A stretch of DNA of 64,000 nt. Origin: an uncultured Candidatus Saccharibacteria bacterium. GTDB taxonomy: Bacteria > Patescibacteriota > Minisyncoccia > Phycocordibacterales > CSBR16-119. The position numbers and the translations under genes are program-made. The stretch covers positions 11,738 to 75,737 of the forward strand of contig CAYRQF010000005.1 of NCBI GenBank assembly GCA_964426385.1, in the 5' to 3' direction. The notes beneath the pieces were generated by a model. It did no database searches and was not told where the DNA came from. It saw only the letters and a list, made by a program, of their open reading frames with translations. Of the stretch, positions 27,412-34,966 are shown in pieces (the stretch's first letter is position 1; each line of letters begins with the position of its first letter).

Positions 27412-28197
27412 TTAGTTCGTGTGACAGAGGAGTCCGAGTTTGAGACCGGTCTTCGGACCGATTACTCCATCTGCAGGTAATCCATGTTCCGCCTGGAAGC
27501 GCATAACCGCTTCTTTTGTCATTCTTCCAAATTTGCCGTCGGCAGTTAGTTTCAATGCTTTCTGCATTTCTCTGATATCTTCTCCGGACATACCGTGGCG
27601 AAGCGTTAGGTGATGTCGATATCCGCAAGCAAGACCCTGGGGTCCAGGATTTTCAGATTTTTCAAACAGTGTGACAATCATATTGATTTGCCTTGGAGTA
27701 AAGCCAAGATCTTCCAACCCCTTTTCCTGAGCTTCTGTTAATTGTCCTCCTAGCTCCTCGCCTTCGTTAATCGTGCGAAAGCTCCGCAACTCTGATTTAG
27801 TGTACGTGTAATCTGAATCTTCATACTCGTCTGCTTCATTTGCCTCGGCAGCTCTTTGGATGAATCTATAATAGTATTTTGTATCAGCGCGCAAACCTTG
27901 TATTGTTGCCTTTGCTGTAGCAAAGGGCTCGTTTATAGTCTCCTCTCCATTTCCAGAGTGCCAGTCTAAACGCACCTTGTCAGTCCTTTTCGAAACGGAT
28001 GTTGTTGTGCCGTATTCAAAGTAATACTCCGTTATCATATTGTCATCGCCACCGTTACAGCAGCCCTGAACCGCTACATTCAACGTTGCCTTGCTGTCAG
28101 ATATGTCGGTGACGCTAGTTGTAAAGAAGTTTGTTTCCGCCAATGCGACCCCGCCAGAAACAAGAAGTAGTGCTAAGATGAATAATTGTTTTTTCAT
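27412..28197 (-). CDS. Secreted protein (261 aa) with an FN3-like N-terminal module and a C-terminal peptidoglycan-binding domain
   Basis: Signal peptide. ATLNVAVQG…YYFEYGTTTS module. C-terminal MQKALKLTADGKFGRMTKEAVMRFQAEHGLPADGVIGPKTG. Confidence 0.7.
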   Translation of the reverse strand: MKKQLFILALLLVSGGVALAETNFFTTSVTDISDSKATLNVAVQGCCNGGDDNMITEYYFEYGTTTSVSKRTDKVRLDWHSGNGEETINEPFATAKATIQGLRADTKYYYRFIQRAAEANEADEYEDSDYTYTKSELRSFRTINEGEELGGQLTEAQEKGLEDLGFTPRQINMIVTLFEKSENPGPQGLACGYRHHLTLRHGMSGEDIREMQKALKLTADGKFGRMTKEAVMRFQAEHGLPADGVIGPKTGLKLGLLCHTN

Positions 28198-28274
28198 GTA
28201 TCTATGAGTAATGATTAATAATCTAGTAATTGTACTATATGTATACTAAGACGCTTTGTTCGGAGGGGGATTAC

Positions 28275-28297
28275 AAAACGCCCCGGACGGGGCGTTT
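28275..28297 (-). terminator. Intrinsic terminator (aaaacgccccg-gac-cggggcgtttt)
   Basis: Perfect GC stem directly after the stop of the 28301..28498 gene. Confidence 0.5.
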
Positions 28298-28300
28298 TGC

Positions 28301-28498
28301 TTAGATATTTTCTTTTATAAGTTTTCGGAGTTCTTCGATGTGCATCTTCTTTTCATTACCGAGTTTCTCCCAGAACTCCTTTTCGACATCTGAGCCGGCT
28401 TCTTTAATATAATTCTGTTCGATGCGCCAGAGAGACTTTTGCTCCTGCGTCATCTGTGTCATTAAGTTATGTATATTGTTTGGGGTCATAAACACCAT
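28301..28498 (-). CDS. Small hypothetical protein (65 aa)
   Basis: Helical, charged composition; followed by its own terminator. Confidence 0.4.
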   Translation of the reverse strand: MVFMTPNNIHNLMTQMTQEQKSLWRIEQNYIKEAGSDVEKEFWEKLGNEKKMHIEELRKLIKENI

Positions 28499-28565
28499 TA
28501 TATCATAATGATATCAGCGTTGCGTTTTTTCAGATTTTCAGTATTCTAATAAAAAACCACCGACC

Positions 28566-28940
28566 ATGACACTAACAGAAGGCGGAGAACTGATCACGAT
28601 TGAACAGGTCGTAAAGTTGATGCGGTCTGATACCTGGAAAATCGTAAGTGGTGTTCAGCATTTGCCAACCAGGACTTCAGAGAGCCGTGATACAAAACTG
28701 GTCTTATCGAGGACCGTCGGGATACGACTCGAGGATGACAGGCTCGTTTTGACCACTGATCTCGGCAGGGTTAAACTCGTTGCTTCTCGCCACGTATTCG
28801 GTCGTGTGGGCCAAGACATCATAGAAATCGGCCGAATCATCCGTGTGCCAGAGAAAGCCAACGCCAGGATGGCGGACAACTGTCCTGGTACAGTACCAAT
28901 CATACGCAAGATAGCCGTCTTGCGCAGACAGACGACTTGA
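28566..28940 (+). CDS. Hypothetical protein (124 aa)
   Basis: Preferred over the overlapping minus-strand ORF 28655..29008, whose S/T/R-rich composition looks antisense. A perfect 10-bp hairpin terminator follows at 28943-28966. Confidence 0.5.
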   Translation: MTLTEGGELITIEQVVKLMRSDTWKIVSGVQHLPTRTSESRDTKLVLSRTVGIRLEDDRLVLTTDLGRVKLVASRHVFGRVGQDIIEIGRIIRVPEKANARMADNCPGTVPIIRKIAVLRRQTT

Positions 28941-28942
28941 TA

Positions 28943-28966
28943 AGGGCTCCCACCGGTGGGAGCCCT
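28943..28966 (+). terminator. Intrinsic terminator (agggctccca-ccgg-tgggagccct)
   Basis: Perfect 10-bp stem. Confidence 0.55.
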
Positions 28967-29006
28967 AAGTCTTGCAAAATTTACGCTTTTCCGTATACTG
29001 GTGTCC

Positions 29007-29210
29007 ATGGTAGTCCGAATGCGACATACAAGAGCCCATACGAAAAATCGTAGGTCTCATCATAGAGCTCCGATGGGAAACATCGTGATTGATAAGGAAA
29101 CTAACACTCCTCATCTTCGTCACCGAGTATCCCTCGAGACTGGCAAATACCGCGGCAAGCAAGTTCTCGCTGTTGTAAAGTCAGGCGACAAGAAGACAAA
29201 GGCGAAGTAA
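29007..29210 (+). CDS. rpmF: 50S ribosomal protein L32
   Basis: …RRSHHRA…TNTPHLRHRVSLETGKYRGKQV… matches the L32 signature (RRSH…HLRHH…G.YRG). I trimmed the start to the internal Met after the terminator; the ORF-track start at 28956 overlaps that hairpin. Confidence 0.6.
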   Translation: MVVRMRHTRAHTKNRRSHHRAPMGNIVIDKETNTPHLRHRVSLETGKYRGKQVLAVVKSGDKKTKAK

Positions 29211-29281
29211 TTCGCTTCTGTCCTTTTGTTTTTTCTGCTAGAATATAAAAGTCTTTTAATATAGTATTTTGTTCTTATCAT

Positions 29282-30184
29282 ATGGCCAATAGGCACCTCG
29301 CACGCTCTGTCGTCTTACAAACACTCTTTGAGTGGGACTTTAATGGCAAAGATGATGCATCCGCACCTGAGAGACTCGATCGCAATATTCTCGAGTTCGC
29401 CCCTGGCATGAAAGAACACTCCTTCACGACGAACCTCTTCGACCTAGTACTAAAGAAAAATATAATCATCGATGAGATCATCGAGAAAGCGGCTCCCGAC
29501 TGGCCGATGGACAAGATTGCGATAGTAGATCGTAATGTTTTGCGTATCGGGCTCGCTGAGCTACTTTTCGGTAGCAAAGAAGAGGTGCCACCAAAAGTTG
29601 CTATCAATGAGGCTATCGAACTTGCGAAAACTTTCGGCGGAGACAAGTCCGGCAAATTCGTAAACGGAGTTCTCGGTGCTGTGTATAAGGAGATGGGTGA
29701 ACCAGGTAAAGATCAGCTGGGCAAGAAAAAATCAACCGAAGTAGACCCTGACAAGCTTCCAAAAGAGAAAAAGGCTGGTGGAGTTATTATCTCCGAGCAT
29801 GAAGGCGAGACTCTGATAGGTCTCGTGCATGATGTTTTCGGCTATTGGACTCTGGCCAAGGGTGGTGTAGAGGGAGAGGAGACTTCCGAGCAGGGAGCTA
29901 TTCGCGAGATCAAGGAAAAAACTGGTCTCGACACTGAGATAGTGAAACTTCTCGGCGAGAACGAGTATGTTGCATCTCACCCTGAAAAAGGTAAAATCCT
30001 CAAGCAAGTAAGCTATTACTTGGTCAAGACGCCATATAAGGAGATGGAACTACACTCTAACGGCGGACTTGATAACGCCAAATGGTTCAAGCTATCTGAG
30101 CTTGAAAGTATCAATACTTATGATGATATTTTGCCACTATTGGCCCAATCGGTGGACTATATTATGAACAAAGCTAAGAGTTAA
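29282..30184 (+). CDS. nusB: NusB antitermination factor fused to a C-terminal Nudix hydrolase domain
   Basis: aa 1-140 carry NusB motifs (ARSVVLQTLFEWDF…NRNVLRIGLAELLF…AINEAIELAKTFGGDKSGKFVNGVLGAV). aa ~160-300 carry the Nudix box AKGGVEGEETSEQGAIREIKEKTGL. Confidence 0.8.
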   Translation: MANRHLARSVVLQTLFEWDFNGKDDASAPERLDRNILEFAPGMKEHSFTTNLFDLVLKKNIIIDEIIEKAAPDWPMDKIAIVDRNVLRIGLAELLFGSKEEVPPKVAINEAIELAKTFGGDKSGKFVNGVLGAVYKEMGEPGKDQLGKKKSTEVDPDKLPKEKKAGGVIISEHEGETLIGLVHDVFGYWTLAKGGVEGEETSEQGAIREIKEKTGLDTEIVKLLGENEYVASHPEKGKILKQVSYYLVKTPYKEMELHSNGGLDNAKWFKLSELESINTYDDILPLLAQSVDYIMNKAKS

Positions 30185-30186
30185 AT

Positions 30187-30882
30187 ATGAAAGATTTTGC
30201 CGAATTCGAATCAGCTCAGGGGCTCAACTTCAAAAACAAGAATCTATTAAAACAGGCATTTATACATCGCTCGTTTATAAACGAGAACCCGGACGTTGGT
30301 GTTTCTCATAATGAGCGACTCGAGTTTCTCGGTGACGCCGTACTCGAGCTAGTCACAACCGAAGAGCTGTTTCATCGATATCCGGAGAAGCCTGAAGGCG
30401 ATCTCACGGCTATTCGTGCTGCACTCGTGAACACGGTCTCGATATCCGAAGCTGCTACTGATCTCGGCATGAATGACTATCTACTCCTGTCCAAAGGAGA
30501 GTCTCGCGACAAAGGCAAGGCACGTGAATACATTCTCGCTAACACCTTCGAGTCCATGATCGGTGCGATATATGTAGATGGGGGATATGAGCCTGCTCAG
30601 GGCTTTGTGTCTCGGGCATTATTCGGCAAGATAGATCGTATCGTCAAACAGAAACTCTGGCGCGACCCGAAGTCTCTGGTTCAAGAGAAAGCCCAGGAGA
30701 TACTCGGAGTGACTCCACGGTATGAAGTGGTAGAAGAGAGTGGCCCGGATCATGATAAAAACTTTACCATTGGCATATATTTCGGTAATGATCTCATCGC
30801 CAAAGGCCTAGGTAAATCCAAGCAGGAAGGTGAGCAGGAGGCTGCTAAGGAGGCGATTTCTATTAGGAATTGGCAAGACTAA
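30187..30882 (+). CDS. rnc: Ribonuclease III
   Basis: HNERLEFLGDAVLELV signature; C-terminal dsRBD. Confidence 0.9.
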   Translation: MKDFAEFESAQGLNFKNKNLLKQAFIHRSFINENPDVGVSHNERLEFLGDAVLELVTTEELFHRYPEKPEGDLTAIRAALVNTVSISEAATDLGMNDYLLLSKGESRDKGKAREYILANTFESMIGAIYVDGGYEPAQGFVSRALFGKIDRIVKQKLWRDPKSLVQEKAQEILGVTPRYEVVEESGPDHDKNFTIGIYFGNDLIAKGLGKSKQEGEQEAAKEAISIRNWQD

Positions 30883-30895
30883 TCCGCTTTTTGGT

Positions 30896-30949
30896 CGTAA
30901 AACCTATAAACTCGTACCCCTTGCTTTTTATTAGAATCTGTGGTATAAA
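30896..30949 (+). promoter_or_regulatory. Sigma70-like promoter (TTGCTT-17-TATAAA). The ATG at 30957 lies about at the predicted transcription start, so the mRNA may be leaderless.
   Basis: -35 at 30921-30926, -10 at 30944-30949. Shares cgtaaaacc…cccttgcttttt with the promoter at 16752-16791. Confidence 0.4.
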
Positions 30950-30956
30950 GAAGACC

Positions 30957-32297
30957 ATGAAAAAAGTCATAAATAATAAGCTTTTTATTGGATTGGTGGC
31001 TCTCGCTGGATTTTCTATTTCTGGAATTGCTCTCGCGGCAAGCCCTATTGTGAACACTCTTCCAGCGACATCTGTGACTGCGTCATCAGCAACTCTAAAT
31101 GCTTCTCTGGTCTCTGATGGTGGCCACACCGTTACATCTGCCGGTTTTCAGTTTGGCGAGAATCAGAACTATAACAATACAGTCTCCGCGAATGTTCCTA
31201 ACTATGCTTTCGAGTCAATGTTTGGCTCATCTGGTTGGGGCATGCAGCCTGGTACTTTTAACCAGCCGATGGATATAGCTATAAATGCTTCCACGGGAAA
31301 AATTTATATTATCGAACAGAATGGGTCTTCAAGTCGCGTGCAGATATATACTTCTGCAGGCGTTTTCGAGTCGCAGTTCGGCGGTGTCGGTACGGGAAAT
31401 GGACAGTTTGATACGACTGGTGGTGTTGCCCTAGACCAGAGTGGAAATGTCTATGTTACTGATTATGCTAATAATCGTGTTCAGAAATTTACCGCCGATG
31501 GTGCATACATCTCACAGTTTGGAGGATGGGGATTTGAAGGGGGTTCATTCTATGGACCATCAGGAATCGCTATTGATTCATCGGGAAATATTCTCGTAGT
31601 AGATACTCAGAATAATCGTGTTCAGAAATTTGATTCGAATGGAAACTTCATATTTGAATTTGGTGCTGCTGGTTCAGGCAATGGAGAGTTCAATATTCCT
31701 TGGGGCATTGATGTTGATCAGGATGGCAATATATATGTCGTCGATGCTTACAATCACCGTGTTCAGAAATTCAATCAGAGCGGCGAGTATCTTGCGCAGT
31801 TTGGCGGACAGGGATCTGCTAATGGTCAGTTTTTCACTCCGTATGGAATCGATGTTGACCAGGGGGGCATGATCGTCGTTGGAGACAGCGGAAACAGTCG
31901 TGTGCAGATCTTCAACTCAGATCTATCATATGCGACGCAATTCGGCGTATACAACGGAAATAATCCAGTTGGTGGAGAATTCTTTGGCGTCGGCGGTGTG
32001 GCTGTAGATGCAACTGGCGCAATTTATGCCTCAGACATCAATAATTCTCGCATTCAAAAGTTTTCTAGGAAGTTTTCTGCAACGACATCTAGTCTCAAAT
32101 GCGGCAAGGTGTTTCACTATCGCGCTTTCGCGACCAGTGTAGACGGTACAGGTTATGGAAATGATAGAGTTTTTTCTACTCCCGCATGCATTACGACAGT
32201 TAGACCGGTTACAGAAGTTGTGGGGCCTGCTATTACACGACCAACAACCACCCCAGTGTTAAAAGCTACGGTTATAGACAGTAAAATAAAGAAGTAA
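30957..32297 (+). CDS. Secreted NHL-repeat beta-propeller protein (447 aa from the internal Met). It is a paralog of the N-terminal unit of the giant protein.
   Basis: Signal peptide MKKVINNKLFIGLVALAGFSISGIALAAS. FN3-like ATLNASLVSDGGHTVTSAGFQFG. NHL repeats (NNRVQKF…). C-terminal CGKVFHYRAFATSVDGTGYGNDRVF. The ORF-track start at 30870 overlaps rnc. Confidence 0.75.
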   Translation: MKKVINNKLFIGLVALAGFSISGIALAASPIVNTLPATSVTASSATLNASLVSDGGHTVTSAGFQFGENQNYNNTVSANVPNYAFESMFGSSGWGMQPGTFNQPMDIAINASTGKIYIIEQNGSSSRVQIYTSAGVFESQFGGVGTGNGQFDTTGGVALDQSGNVYVTDYANNRVQKFTADGAYISQFGGWGFEGGSFYGPSGIAIDSSGNILVVDTQNNRVQKFDSNGNFIFEFGAAGSGNGEFNIPWGIDVDQDGNIYVVDAYNHRVQKFNQSGEYLAQFGGQGSANGQFFTPYGIDVDQGGMIVVGDSGNSRVQIFNSDLSYATQFGVYNGNNPVGGEFFGVGGVAVDATGAIYASDINNSRIQKFSRKFSATTSSLKCGKVFHYRAFATSVDGTGYGNDRVFSTPACITTVRPVTEVVGPAITRPTTTPVLKATVIDSKIKK

Positions 32298-32349
32298 AAA
32301 ACCGGCGCCATCCACTTCGCATATCGGTCAAAGATGTTAAAATATAGGG

Positions 32350-34578
32350 GTGAAATTGAAGACAATAGAACTTGTCGGCTTCAAATCTTTTGCCAAAAAA
32401 TCCAGGCTTGATTTCGCTGTACCAGTAGTCGGTATCGTTGGTCCAAACGGCTCGGGAAAATCTAACGTCGTCGAGGCGTTCCGTTTCGTTCTCGGTGAGC
32501 AGTCGATGAAGAGCCTCCGTGGTAAGTCAGGCAAAGATCTGGTATTCAAGGGCTCCAAGGACCTACCGAAGGGTAATCGCGCGGCAGTCGAGATAACATT
32601 TGATAACAAGGATCGCATTTTCAAGCTTGGCGATAGGTCCGAGCCTGTGAATCTAGATTTCGATGAGATAGTTTTGAAACGTGAAGTATTCGCTGATGGA
32701 AACAACAACTACTACATAAACAACTCGAGTGTCAGGCTCAAGGATATCGTCGAGCTTCTGGCCTCGGTCAATATAGGTGCATCCGGACATCACATAATCT
32801 CTCAGGGTCAAGCTGACAGGATACTTACTAGTTCGTCCAAGGATAGACGCTTGATGATCGAGGACGCGCTCGGGCTCAAGGTCTATCAAAATAGACTCAA
32901 GGATAGTGGCAAGAAGCTCGAGAAGACCGAGGAGAACATGAAAGAAGTAGCCCTACTTCGCCGAGAGCTAGCGCCACACATCAAATACCTGAAGAAGCAG
33001 GTAGAGAAAATCGAGAAAAGTGAGGAGCTCCGCACAGAACTTTCTCGACTTTATCTCGCGTATTTTCACTCTGAGGAGAAATTCCTCCGTGAAGAGGAGT
33101 CGTCACTGAAGGACAAAATGCACGGCTCTGAGAGAGAGCTGAAGGAGATCGAAGTGAAGCTCGCAAGTATGCGACAGGGAAGCGTTAGTACTTTTGAACA
33201 AGAAAAGCAGGTAGAGCTCGCGAATCTTCAAAAGGAGATTGAATCTCTCGAGCGAACCAAAGAAGAACTCTCTCGAAAACTCGGACGCATAGAGGGTGTT
33301 ATCGAATATCAGAAAAAAGCTGAAACCGCCGGACCAGAAAGTGTCTCGATAAATTCCAAAGAACTAAACTCTTTTATTGATGATATGAATAAAACTATCG
33401 AGAGCACTCTCTCGAATACTGACCTCAACAGTATCAAGTCGCACCTCCAGAATATCCGTTTACTCATTGATGGTTTCAAGAACAGATTTATGAAGCCTTC
33501 GAGTCAGGCTCCTACCCAGAATAGTTTTAAGGATCTCGAGAGCACGAAGCGCGACGTTTCGGCCCAGTTAGAGGAGATAGAGAAGGTCCGGGCAGGGTTC
33601 ACAGACCGGGTGCGTGCCATAAGACAGAGTCTCGAGGATAATCGAGCGAACGCCTTCAAGGATCAGGCAGAGAGATTCACCCTCGAGAACAGGATGAGTC
33701 GTATACTCGCTGACGAAGAAATCGTCCGTAGTAGAGAGGCAACTTATATCGCTAGAAAGTCAGCATTCGAAAACGAGATGAAGGAGGCAGTGGCGATTGT
33801 AGGGAACGAGATTCTCGGATTCCGCAATCATGCGAGTGATGTAGTCGTAAACGACGATACCAGGAGGATGATAGAGCGCATCAAGATTCGTCTCGAGGAT
33901 ACTGGCACAGGATCTGGTGCTGATGTAATGAAAGAATACAAAGATACCACCGAGCGTGATGAGTTCCTGTCCAAAGAACTACTAGACCTCGACAGAAGTA
34001 TCGCCAACCTGCGTACACTTATCGACGAACTCAAGGTGACACTCGATACAGAGTTCAAAGGCGGACTAGAGCGTATAAATAAAAGATTCGAAGAGTTCTT
34101 CACTCAGATGTTCGGTGGTGGATCTGCCTACCTCTCGAACGTCATCCAGGGGTCCAAGAAGAATTCTGCCGAGGAGGATGGGGAAGAGACCGAAGAGCCG
34201 GTGAGTGATACCGACGATCTCGAGTACGGTATTGATATAAATGTTAATCTTCCCGAGAAGAAGGTCAAAGACCTCCACATGCTTTCCGGGGGCGAGCGAT
34301 CGCTCACGTCTATCGCACTCGTTTTCGCCATGACACAGGTGAACCCTCCACCGTTCCTAGTACTCGATGAGACAGACGCCGCTCTCGACGAGGCGAACTC
34401 GAAAAGATATGGCGACATGATTGAGATGCTTTCAAAATATTCGAACCTGATAACCGTCACCCATAATAGGGAAACCATGTCGCGTGCGGACGTCATATAC
34501 GGCGTCACTATCGGCTCCGACGGATCATCCAAACTTCTGTCTATCCGTTTCGACGACGCCGAAGCTTACGCAAAATAA
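32350..34578 (+). CDS. smc: SMC-family chromosome segregation ATPase (short, 742 aa; GTG start)
   Basis: N-terminal FKSF…GPNGSGKSNVVEAFRFVLGEQS. C-terminal LSGGERSLTSIALVFA…LVLDETDAALD. Coiled-coil middle region. Confidence 0.75.
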   Translation: MKLKTIELVGFKSFAKKSRLDFAVPVVGIVGPNGSGKSNVVEAFRFVLGEQSMKSLRGKSGKDLVFKGSKDLPKGNRAAVEITFDNKDRIFKLGDRSEPVNLDFDEIVLKREVFADGNNNYYINNSSVRLKDIVELLASVNIGASGHHIISQGQADRILTSSSKDRRLMIEDALGLKVYQNRLKDSGKKLEKTEENMKEVALLRRELAPHIKYLKKQVEKIEKSEELRTELSRLYLAYFHSEEKFLREEESSLKDKMHGSERELKEIEVKLASMRQGSVSTFEQEKQVELANLQKEIESLERTKEELSRKLGRIEGVIEYQKKAETAGPESVSINSKELNSFIDDMNKTIESTLSNTDLNSIKSHLQNIRLLIDGFKNRFMKPSSQAPTQNSFKDLESTKRDVSAQLEEIEKVRAGFTDRVRAIRQSLEDNRANAFKDQAERFTLENRMSRILADEEIVRSREATYIARKSAFENEMKEAVAIVGNEILGFRNHASDVVVNDDTRRMIERIKIRLEDTGTGSGADVMKEYKDTTERDEFLSKELLDLDRSIANLRTLIDELKVTLDTEFKGGLERINKRFEEFFTQMFGGGSAYLSNVIQGSKKNSAEEDGEETEEPVSDTDDLEYGIDINVNLPEKKVKDLHMLSGGERSLTSIALVFAMTQVNPPPFLVLDETDAALDEANSKRYGDMIEMLSKYSNLITVTHNRETMSRADVIYGVTIGSDGSSKLLSIRFDDAEAYAK

Positions 34579-34637
34579 ATATCATAAAAGCAAAGGGCCC
34601 CTCCATCAGGTGGGACCCTTTTCGCTTTCGCGAGCAC

Positions 34638-34889
34638 TTATTTCTTTTTGGGGCCTTGTCGGCTGACCTCGACGGCAGGAGGGTGGAACTTGGCCAGGAA
34701 GCGTTGCACTTCTGTGGACTCGAAGACCTTCCGTTCGATCAGGAGGTACCTGCTCCGGTTACCACCCATTTTCTTGTGGGCGACTGGCAACAAGAGTTCG
34801 AAAAGCTCGAGTTGTTCCGTCGGTGTCAGCCTGTGCATTATCAGTTTTGCAGCGCTGAGATAGCCGCTCGGTTTTTCATTTTTTGCCAT
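34638..34889 (-). CDS. Small hypothetical protein (83 aa), basic C-terminus
   Basis: Protein-like composition; the overlapping plus-strand ORFs look antisense. Function unknown. Confidence 0.4.
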   Translation of the reverse strand: MAKNEKPSGYLSAAKLIMHRLTPTEQLELFELLLPVAHKKMGGNRSRYLLIERKVFESTEVQRFLAKFHPPAVEVSRQGPKKK

Positions 34890-34966
34890 GTTTGTGGTGC
34901 TGTAAAAGGTTGGCTCGTATACTAATACATTATTAGTATATTGTCAAGAGCACCCTAAATCGATTT

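Noticed and set aside
28655-29008. Minus-strand 117-aa ORF overlapping the 28566..28940 gene
   Set aside because: Its S/T/R-rich composition is typical of antisense frames. A perfect terminator at 28943-28966 fits the plus-strand gene.
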